Counted from the stretch's first letter, positions 19,063 through 24,855 are shown. The stretch is 36,502 bases of DNA from a virus (IMGVR_UViG_3300020319_000007:1-36502), one strand, 5' to 3'. Notes: a model not told the origin generated them from the sequence alone. A program made the numbers and translations.

Positions 19063-19308
19063 ATGACACTTTACTCAAATTTCTTCAGTTCGGCGGTAAA
19101 TTCAGTAGAAACAAAGCCAGATAAGGTATTAATTAGATATTCTTCAAATATTGAGAAAGAATATGTATATAATTGTGAAAATGTAGCAGAATTTACCAAT
19201 GAGCTGTGTTCTGTTCTTACATCTAATGAGTTACTGCAAGATGGTGGCAGTGTGGGCAAGTTTATCCACAAATCTAGACAAAACAACACATTGGTAGAAT
19301 CTAAATAA
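19063..19308 (+). CDS. KTSC-like domain protein, 81 aa
   Basis: 'SSAVNSV...VLIRYSS...EYVY...F...GSVGKFIH' matches the KTSC pattern SSxIxSxxY...LxVxF...YxY...SxGxxFN. Confidence 0.6.
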   Translation: MTLYSNFFSSAVNSVETKPDKVLIRYSSNIEKEYVYNCENVAEFTNELCSVLTSNELLQDGGSVGKFIHKSRQNNTLVESK

Positions 19309-19334
19309 TTGTAATTTCATTCAATTAAACCACA

Positions 19335-19487
19335 ATGGGTTCAACTCGCAATTTCAAGACTCACTCAGATGAGTATGGGACAGATTACGGCAAATACAGC
19401 ACTGAGGTTAAAAACATTAGAAGAGGTAGCAGGAAGAAGGTAGCAAAACATAAGGAGTACCAACCGTGGGAGGAGGACAGTTATTAA
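19335..19487 (+). CDS. Hypothetical basic protein, 50 aa
   Basis: Read by hand: MGSTRNFKTHSDEY...RRGSRKKVAKHKEYQPWEEDSY; stop codon lies inside the next promoter palindrome. Confidence 0.65.
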   Translation: MGSTRNFKTHSDEYGTDYGKYSTEVKNIRRGSRKKVAKHKEYQPWEEDSY

Positions 19488-19532
19488 ACTGTCACACAGG
19501 TAGTAGACAAACACCCTAAAATGGGTTATATT
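19474..19532 (+). promoter_or_regulatory. Early promoter cassette head
   Basis: GACAGTT-ATTA-AACTGTC palindrome 19476-19493; TAGACA 19504-19509, 17 nt, TATATT 19527-19532. Confidence 0.75.
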
Positions 19533-19567
19533 ATAAATGGTCGTCCAAGAGATCACCGACCCACTAT

Positions 19568-19625
19568 GTGACAATCATATTAGTGGCACAACATCGGTAG
19601 ATTTCTTGGCGATCTCGTCTATAAT
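19568..19625 (+). promoter_or_regulatory. Early promoter cassette head
   Basis: GTGACA-N10-TGGCAC 19568-19589; TATAAT 19620-19625; leader AGATTTCCAA before ATG 19651. Confidence 0.85.
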
Positions 19626-19650
19626 ACAGTCATACGACACAGATTTCCAA

Positions 19651-19812
19651 ATGGTCACAATCACACTCACAACAGAAGAAGCAGCAGCATACGTTGCAGC
19701 ACTAGAGAGGGCAACAGATAACCCTTTCATCCAAGATGACGACGAGTGCTCACCACTCTTCACCCTTCAAGGTCACATTGAAGGTGCTCTATACAACACA
19801 TCATCAAACTAG
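19651..19812 (+). CDS. Hypothetical early protein, 53 aa
   Basis: Start reassigned to ATG 19651, after the promoter and shared leader (MVTITLTTEEAAAY...). Confidence 0.7.
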   Translation: MVTITLTTEEAAAYVAALERATDNPFIQDDDECSPLFTLQGHIEGALYNTSSN

Positions 19813-19820
19813 GAGTTACC

Positions 19821-20141
19821 ATGAGAAAGATTGAAGCACAGATGAACGCAGCAATTGCAGGTCGCCGTAACTGGGCAAAAGATAACACCCGTGTTGAGGT
19901 TAACAAGCACGGCGACACCTTTGTTTACCTACACGGTCACAACATCGCTACGATATCCAACGAAGGTGACATCAGATTGTCATCATGTGGATGGGAGACA
20001 GTCACCACTAAATCCAGGTTGAACGCAATCCTTGACTGCTTTGTACATAACATCGGCATCTTTCAAAGGGACTGGCAGTGGTACATCACAGGCAGAGACT
20101 TCACAGAACCATTTTTTGATGGATATCTAATAGAGCGATAA
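19821..20141 (+). CDS. Conserved phage early protein, 106 aa
   Basis: AGGAG SD; 'VYLHGHNIA...GWETVTTKSRLNA...FQRDWQWY' motif set; function unknown. Confidence 0.85.
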   Translation: MRKIEAQMNAAIAGRRNWAKDNTRVEVNKHGDTFVYLHGHNIATISNEGDIRLSSCGWETVTTKSRLNAILDCFVHNIGIFQRDWQWYITGRDFTEPFFDGYLIER

Positions 20142-20154
20142 GGTCCTTTCCCAT

Positions 20155-20201
20155 AAACTCAGAAAGTCACATTTTTGACTTTTTGAGTTTTTTTGTTTTT
20201 T
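20155..20201 (+). terminator. Long AT-rich hairpin followed by a T-tract
   Basis: AAACTCAGAAAGTCA (20155-20169) pairs with TGACTTTTTGAGTTT (20176-20190; one G-U), then T-runs. Confidence 0.6.
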
Positions 20202-20320
20202 GATATATTTACTTTTATGAATAAAACCCAAATACCAACTAGTTGCAATAATGAACTGCTACCTTGGTTCCTTTACGTAATAACTCGTAAATTGATTAGA
20301 TCCGTTCTAAATGTTACGAA

Positions 20321-20350
20321 TTGATAACATTTGGAATTATATGGTATAAT
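20321..20350 (+). promoter_or_regulatory. sigma70-like promoter without the upstream palindrome
   Basis: TTGATA 20321-20326; TGgTATAAT with -10 at 20345-20350. Confidence 0.6.
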
Positions 20351-20373
20351 TAGTAATAGGACTCAATAGACTC

Positions 20374-20508
20374 ATGTTCAACTTCCAACAAGAAATAGAG
20401 GATCAGCTTAGAGAAATAAGAGAGCAGTACGGTGAAGAGGTACTGAAGGAATTACTGGATCAGGACTACTACGACGGTGAATACTGCAATCCTCCAGTAT
20501 ACCGCTGA
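20374..20508 (+). CDS. Hypothetical acidic protein, 44 aa
   Basis: Read by hand: MFNFQQEIEDQLREIREQYGEE...; follows the promoter. Confidence 0.65.
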   Translation: MFNFQQEIEDQLREIREQYGEEVLKELLDQDYYDGEYCNPPVYR

Positions 20509-20533
20509 TCCAGACCAGCTGACTCAGCTGAGT

Positions 20534-20590
20534 GTGCCAGATATCAAACTGTCTAACAGCGGTTGATATCTATCAGGTCCATGGTATTAT
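20534..20590 (+). promoter_or_regulatory. Early promoter cassette head
   Basis: GTGCCA-N10-TGTCTA 20534-20555; TTGATA 20563-20568; TGgTATTAT with -10 at 20585-20590. Confidence 0.8.
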
Positions 20591-20612
20591 AAAGTATAAC
20601 AACATTTAATTT

Positions 20613-20882
20613 ATGCCACAGTCTACAGATTCCAATTACGATGCCTTGGTTGAACAATACGCAGAGATCGTCACTGACAGATTGCACAGTGAAGGATCAT
20701 TATATGACTTTGCACTTGAAACTCTCATAGATCGTTATGAGAACCTGACTGAAAAGGATCTAATAGAACATGTCGCCGAGATGGGGGACGAAGAACTCGT
20801 TGAATCCATTTACGGGAACTACCCACCGCAAGACATAAAGGGACAGTACTCGTTAAAGAAAGGAGAGTCTATAGTAGTATGA
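20613..20882 (+). CDS. Hypothetical acidic early protein, 89 aa
   Basis: First ATG after the promoter; the TGA stop is part of the next palindrome. Confidence 0.8.
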   Translation: MPQSTDSNYDALVEQYAEIVTDRLHSEGSLYDFALETLIDRYENLTEKDLIEHVAEMGDEELVESIYGNYPPQDIKGQYSLKKGESIVV

Positions 20883-20936
20883 CAATATTATTAGTGGCAC
20901 ACTATCACTTGTGAAGTGGTGGTGTCTTGCTATAAT
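20879..20936 (+). promoter_or_regulatory. Early promoter cassette head
   Basis: ATGACA-ATATTATTAG-TGGCAC 20879-20900; TGcTATAAT with -10 at 20931-20936; leader AGATTTCCAAACT-ATG. Confidence 0.85.
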
Positions 20937-20962
20937 ATAACTATACATAAGATTTCCAAACT

Positions 20963-21463
20963 ATGCCCAATCATTGCTATAACAGAGTCAACGTGTACTC
21001 TGACGAACCAAAGGTGATCAAAGAGATACATGACATCTTTGAGAATGGTACTAACCCATACAAATCAGAAACAGTATTTGGACAAATCATACCCGAACCA
21101 GATTGGAAGAATATACCGCTTGCAGAGAATGACGTGCAAGAGTACAGTTGGGATAAACCCAGAGGTGAGAAGGGTGAACTACCAGTTGCGATAGATAAAG
21201 GTTTTGGCAAAGGTCTCTATTTTGCATCAACAGACAAACAAGATGATCGCTGGTATAACTGGCGAGTACAGAATTGGGGAACTAAGTGGGATTGCTATGA
21301 TCTCACCATTGAGAGTGATGACGAGCATGAGGTGAGTTTCACGTTTAATACTGCATGGTCACCACCCGAAGAGATATGTAGAGCATTGAAAGAAAAATTT
21401 GAAGATGCGAGCATACAATGGTTTTATGATGAACCAGGAATGGAGTTCGCAGGTTACCTATAA
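20963..21463 (+). CDS. YubB/DUF1281-like (ferredoxin-like fold) protein
   Basis: 'MPNHCYN', 'WYNWRVQNWGTKWD', 'FNTAWSPP' and 'YDEPGMEFAG' are hallmark motifs of this plasmid/phage family. Confidence 0.8.
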   Translation: MPNHCYNRVNVYSDEPKVIKEIHDIFENGTNPYKSETVFGQIIPEPDWKNIPLAENDVQEYSWDKPRGEKGELPVAIDKGFGKGLYFASTDKQDDRWYNWRVQNWGTKWDCYDLTIESDDEHEVSFTFNTAWSPPEEICRALKEKFEDASIQWFYDEPGMEFAGYL

Positions 21464-21624
21464 TGAACAACTACGTAGCACTATTAACTCTCATAGGTGA
21501 CATCAACAATGCATTTTGTCACCTAGAGGATGAGGAGTCATGTGACATTTGTGATGGTGACATCAAACTGTTAGATAAGGCAGTCAAACGATTTAAAAGT
21601 CAAGTCTGGGAAAATCAGTTGTGA
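21463..21624 (+). CDS. Hypothetical protein, 53 aa
   Basis: Read by hand: MNNYVALLTLIGDINNAFCHLEDEESCDICDGD...; TAATG coupling; stop lies inside the next palindrome. Confidence 0.7.
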   Translation: MNNYVALLTLIGDINNAFCHLEDEESCDICDGDIKLLDKAVKRFKSQVWENQL

Positions 21625-21678
21625 CAATATTATTAGTGGCACATCATGTATTGATATGTTGTGTCACTATGGTATTAT
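21621..21678 (+). promoter_or_regulatory. Early promoter cassette head
   Basis: GTGACA-ATATTATTAG-TGGCAC 21621-21642; TTGATA 21651-21656; TATTAT 21673-21678; shared leader. Confidence 0.85.
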
Positions 21679-21705
21679 TATAGTATACAAACAGATTTCC
21701 AAACT

Positions 21706-21846
21706 ATGTCAGTATTACATCATGAATCCATTCTAGAGGATTGTTATCTAGAAGTCCTTGAAGAGTTCAGAACAGATTGTCTATTCATGACTCAAGACCA
21801 GATAGACGCACTCGTATATGAGAAATTTGAAGCGAGGTGTCAATGA
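21706..21846 (+). CDS. Hypothetical early protein, 46 aa (MSVLHHESILED...)
   Basis: Start reassigned to the ATG after AGATTTCCAAACT. Confidence 0.75.
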   Translation: MSVLHHESILEDCYLEVLEEFRTDCLFMTQDQIDALVYEKFEARCQ

Positions 21847-22058
21847 ACTATTACGATGTCATCGGGTTCCTCAGTGACGAGGAACTCCTCAAGGTGTGGG
21901 ACATATGTGCCGAAGCACTAGAACGTAAGGGATGGGATTGCGACAACTCAGAATTATCAATCCGTGCGTTTGATGACAACTTAAAACAAATAGTAGACTC
22001 AGACTCAGCATGCGACCCTACCCCATTTAATGATCACCCATACTACTATGAATGGTAG
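21843..22058 (+). CDS. Hypothetical acidic protein, 71 aa
   Basis: GAGGTG SD; ATGA overlap. Confidence 0.75.
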   Translation: MNYYDVIGFLSDEELLKVWDICAEALERKGWDCDNSELSIRAFDDNLKQIVDSDSACDPTPFNDHPYYYEW

Positions 22059-22059
22059 T

Positions 22060-22117
22060 ATGCCAATTTTATTTCTGTCACACCTAGTATTGTTTGTGGT
22101 TCTACCGCTGCTATACT
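22060..22117 (+). promoter_or_regulatory. Early promoter cassette head
   Basis: ATGCCA-N10-TGTCAC 22060-22081; TGcTATACT with -10 at 22112-22117. Confidence 0.8.
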
Positions 22118-22140
22118 GTTATTATAACAAACAAATTTTT

Positions 22141-22446
22141 ATGCAAAGACTTGAACTAATCATGGGACGCAACATTCCAAACAACGGAAGAGTTACAGAT
22201 CCAATGATGAACGGTTTTATTAAAGAGTACATCATCCCATTTTTTGAGTATGGCACGTTCATTGATGGTGAGGGTCTATGGAAAGGCGAACTAGAACAAA
22301 CTAAAATCTTTTATCTTGAATTGCCTGATAATGAGGTAGACGGGATCAGAGAAATGTTTCAACAGATTGCCATTAAATACAAACAAGCGTTTAATCAGGA
22401 TTCTGTCTTGATCTCGCAAATTGACTCAAAAATAGCATTTGTGTAA
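22141..22446 (+). CDS. DUF3574-like protein, putative SAM lyase (PII-like fold), 101 aa
   Basis: 'ELIMGRNIP..G.V.....FI.E.I.P.F..GT..DG.GLWKG..EQTKI...IA..YKQAFNQDSVL' matches the DUF3574 pattern; start reassigned to ATG 22141. Confidence 0.7.
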   Translation: MQRLELIMGRNIPNNGRVTDPMMNGFIKEYIIPFFEYGTFIDGEGLWKGELEQTKIFYLELPDNEVDGIREMFQQIAIKYKQAFNQDSVLISQIDSKIAFV

Positions 22447-22447
22447 C

Positions 22448-22585
22448 ATGAGAATTATTTTAGTATTACTAGTTGTACTTTGTGGATCTATACTAGGATC
22501 CACATTCATTTCACACTTTCAAGAGAAAGTGGATCAGAGAAACAGCCAGATTTGTTCCATTGATCCGTCCTACTGTGCCAATTAA
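22448..22585 (+). CDS. Small membrane/secreted protein, 45 aa
   Basis: Read by hand: MRIILVLLVVLCGSILGSTFISHF...QICSIDPSYCAN; N-terminal hydrophobic helix. Confidence 0.7.
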   Translation: MRIILVLLVVLCGSILGSTFISHFQEKVDQRNSQICSIDPSYCAN

Positions 22586-22633
22586 ATTAGTGTCACATCT
22601 ACTGGTTGTATTGTTGCCTGTAGTGTGTATAAT
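22575..22633 (+). promoter_or_regulatory. Early promoter cassette head
   Basis: GTGCCA-ATTAAATTAG-TGTCAC 22575-22596; TTGTAT 22606-22611; TATAAT 22628-22633; shared leader. Confidence 0.85.
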
Positions 22634-22662
22634 AGTAGTATAAACAAACAGATTTCCAAACT

Positions 22663-22830
22663 ATGTTTGACAACCAATTAAAACCTTACTTTGAAGGTCG
22701 TGTACTTGCTAACGAATCAGCAATGAAAGATCCTGCTGTGATCGCTGCATTACATAGCATGGCAAAGAGAAACTTTGCACCTCAAGAGATCAACAACCAC
22801 GGCATATGGTATATTTCAGACAGGCACTAA
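22663..22830 (+). CDS. Hypothetical early protein, 55 aa
   Basis: Read by hand: MFDNQLKPYFEGRVLANESAMKDPAV...GIWYISDRH; follows the shared leader. Confidence 0.75.
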   Translation: MFDNQLKPYFEGRVLANESAMKDPAVIAALHSMAKRNFAPQEINNHGIWYISDRH

Positions 22831-22848
22831 ACCGCCTGTCCGTCCTGT

Positions 22849-22907
22849 GTGACAATCTGATTACTGGCACAATCAGCACACTATTTTGGGACAAGTGCCA
22901 GTATAAT
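22849..22907 (+). promoter_or_regulatory. Early promoter cassette head
   Basis: GTGACA-N10-TGGCAC 22849-22870; TATAAT 22902-22907; poor -35; shared leader. Confidence 0.8.
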
Positions 22908-22934
22908 AATACTATACAAGCAGATTTCCAAACT

Positions 22935-23204
22935 ATGCAAGCAACTCAATCAAAACTCAACCTTTCAGACATCAAAGATGACTACAACGGTTGGACAGAC
23001 TGGACTACATGGAATGTAGCACTATGGATCAACAACGACTCATGTTTTAATTCAATCGCTTCAGAGTGTAGAACATGGGAAGACTTCCTATTTGAAATGC
23101 AATTCATGATTGGATCAATGGCAACACCTGATGGAGCAGACTGGGGTGAAGCAGATCTTACAGAGATGCAAGAACTCATTGACGAAATCAGAGAAGGTGT
23201 GTAG
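22935..23204 (+). CDS. Conserved phage early protein (YNGWTxxxTWNVALW motif), 89 aa
   Basis: Start reassigned to the ATG after the shared leader; Trp-rich motif and 'TPDG'. Confidence 0.8.
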   Translation: MQATQSKLNLSDIKDDYNGWTDWTTWNVALWINNDSCFNSIASECRTWEDFLFEMQFMIGSMATPDGADWGEADLTEMQELIDEIREGV

Positions 23205-23209
23205 TCGTG

Positions 23210-23890
23210 ATGCTGTCAACAGAATTCCCTCTCACCCACGACATCACGGGCAGAGACAAAAAAAAGACAGGCAAACAGGTAGGATCTCAACCGAAGGGGT
23301 GGGGTTCTATCTATATCGCAGAATCAGAGAATTGTGCAGTTACAGAATTATCTAATGGTGAGTGGACTTGCTTTAAGATAGGTCTAGCAAGCGATGGCGA
23401 AGCTTCATCATTTAAAATAAAATGTGATCAAGCGACAGGCAACTCAGGCAATTACTCTCAGGTAAGGAACTACCCAGTTAAGAACGTAGGCAAGGCAGAA
23501 GCAACAGCACACCAAATTTGGAGGGGTAGAGGATACAGCACAATCAAAGGAGCTGACCACAATGTCCCCGAAGAATTCAAAAGATTTTTTGATAAACAGA
23601 CTGGTGGCACTGAGTGGTTTTGTGTCCCTCGTCAATTACTACTGGATGAGATGGACAAATGGTATGCCACATATAAAGGCAAATCTAATATAGTATGGAC
23701 TTGCGACTGGATAGGGCAATCATTACACAATGACCCAATCATATTTAAATACAACGAGCAAGGGTTGCCAGTGGTTGCAAACTGGAAGGGACGCACAGGC
23801 AGACCAGTTGAGATTGAAGCAATTATATTTGCATGGGACTACCGAGTCATGACAGGATTTGCACCAGAGGGTTGTTGTAGTGCCAATTAA
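23210..23890 (+). CDS. T5orf172/GIY-YIG-like domain protein
   Basis: 'GSIYIA...FKIG...QATGN...AEATAH...GGTEWF' motif order; start could be 23207 (GTG) or 23210 (ATG). Confidence 0.7.
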   Translation: MLSTEFPLTHDITGRDKKKTGKQVGSQPKGWGSIYIAESENCAVTELSNGEWTCFKIGLASDGEASSFKIKCDQATGNSGNYSQVRNYPVKNVGKAEATAHQIWRGRGYSTIKGADHNVPEEFKRFFDKQTGGTEWFCVPRQLLLDEMDKWYATYKGKSNIVWTCDWIGQSLHNDPIIFKYNEQGLPVVANWKGRTGRPVEIEAIIFAWDYRVMTGFAPEGCCSAN

Positions 23891-23937
23891 CAAAGTGTCC
23901 ACTAAGTGTTTACTTTTCACCCAGTAGGCACTATAAT
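23880..23937 (+). promoter_or_regulatory. Early promoter cassette head
   Basis: GTGCCA-ATTAACAAAG-TGTCCA 23880-23901; TTTACT 23909-23914, 17 nt, TATAAT 23932-23937; leader AGATTTCCAAAC. Confidence 0.85.
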
Positions 23938-23965
23938 TATTATATAAACAGATTTCCAAACATTT

Positions 23966-24136
23966 ATGAATTTTTTCTACATTGACCCTACAGACTACAC
24001 CGATCTCTACGAAGCGTGTTATGCTGAGGTAGTCGCAGAAGCGAAAGACACAGGCGATTTTCCTATGTACGGCGAAGCAATGCTAAAGCAATCCGCACAG
24101 TGGAAAATGGAAGACCTACTCAGGGAGGTTGCTTAA
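23966..24136 (+). CDS. Hypothetical acidic early protein, 56 aa
   Basis: Read by hand: MNFFYIDPTDYTDLYEACYAEVV...; stop abuts the next ATG. Confidence 0.75.
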   Translation: MNFFYIDPTDYTDLYEACYAEVVAEAKDTGDFPMYGEAMLKQSAQWKMEDLLREVA

Positions 24137-24322
24137 ATGTCATTTTTCAAGCACGTCAAACTTCACCAGTACGACATCACAGATAAGGGCATCTCTCAAG
24201 CATGCTATGACGAGATGAAAGCAGACGGTTATGATATCGTCATCACAGAGAAAGAGATGAGAGTCCTTGCTGCTCACAGATGCGAAGAGTTTAAGAACTA
24301 CATGAGACCTTTATTTGCTTAA
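24137..24322 (+). CDS. Hypothetical protein, 61 aa
   Basis: GGAGG SD. Confidence 0.8.
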   Translation: MSFFKHVKLHQYDITDKGISQACYDEMKADGYDIVITEKEMRVLAAHRCEEFKNYMRPLFA

Positions 24323-24326
24323 CCCT

Positions 24327-24560
24327 ATGCCAGACAACACATTTATTTACGACACAGTGTATCAGGAGTTCATGGAAGAACTTCAGTTCACACCAGATGA
24401 GATGAGCGAAGCGATTATGTTTGATGAGGATCGCACCATATTTGATCAACTGATGGAAAGAGTCAAGCACACACAGTGGCAAGACGCACAGCGGTTGGCA
24501 TGGATGCAAGGCGAACCACCAGAGTTTGAGAGACGAGTCCCCGAAGACTGTCCATTTTAA
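24327..24560 (+). CDS. Hypothetical acidic protein, 77 aa
   Basis: ORF track 24315-24560; ATG 24327 preferred. Confidence 0.7.
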   Translation: MPDNTFIYDTVYQEFMEELQFTPDEMSEAIMFDEDRTIFDQLMERVKHTQWQDAQRLAWMQGEPPEFERRVPEDCPF

Positions 24561-24758
24561 AATCAGGGCATTGATAAGGCAAGGGTGAGCGACCCCAGAG
24601 GAATATGCTCTTAATGTTTGGAGACCTCTTATCATGTAAGTCCCATTGCTATGAGTTGACCACTCAGAACTGTGTACATACCAGTATAAACTATGAGACG
24701 CATGGAATTTGCGAGGGGGACAGGTCATCCCCCGACAACCACACACATTAACAGAGAC
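24561..24758 (+). ncRNA. Candidate structured non-coding RNA (family not recognised)
   Basis: Gap without a credible ORF that holds nested helices and two hairpins with complementary loops (TGACC / GGTCA); ends at a terminator. Confidence 0.5.
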
Positions 24759-24788
24759 AGGGCAGTTATTTTATAATTGCCCTTTTTT
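24759..24788 (+). terminator. Intrinsic terminator ending the early region
   Basis: Stem AGGGCAGTTAT / ATAATTGCCCT, followed by a T-run. Confidence 0.85.
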
Positions 24789-24848
24789 GTTGCCTGAGCC
24801 GTGCAAAAACCGATAAGTCCCTAACCTACAAAAGTATCCAAACGAGCG

Positions 24849-24855
24849 ATAAATA
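24849..24855 (+). promoter_or_regulatory. T4-type late promoter (ATAAATA)
   Basis: ATAAATA after the terminator and upstream of the late/baseplate block. Confidence 0.55.

Noticed and set aside
20217-20324. 35-aa ORF MNKTQIPTSC...
   Set aside because: Lies just after a terminator-like hairpin, has no SD or promoter, and overlaps the next promoter; insufficient support.
21494-21525. Inverted repeat TAGGTGACA...TGTCACCTA as another promoter palindrome
   Set aside because: The spacer is N14 rather than N10, it lies inside an ORF, and there is no -10 at the expected offset; may be a chance or relic hairpin.
19568-23901. Palindrome as a canonical CRP or NtcA box
   Set aside because: CRP is TGTGA-N6-TCACA and NtcA is GTA-N8-TAC; the half-site spacing here fits neither.
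19568-23968. Repeated motifs as a CRISPR array or integron attC sites
   Set aside because: Spacing is irregular (hundreds of nt), the intervals are whole genes, the repeats are degenerate and carry -35/-10 boxes, and no cas or integrase gene is in the window.
24291-24746. 151-aa minus-strand ORF
   Set aside because: Antisense to two well-supported + ORFs and the structured RNA candidate; composition is not protein-like and there is no promoter or SD.
24561-24760. SAM-I, c-di-GMP or glutamine riboswitch, tRNA, or hammerhead ribozyme
   Set aside because: GATAAG/CTTATC occur in the reverse order to SAM-I P1; no CUGAUGA/GAAA core, T-loop GTTCRA or other diagnostic consensus was seen.
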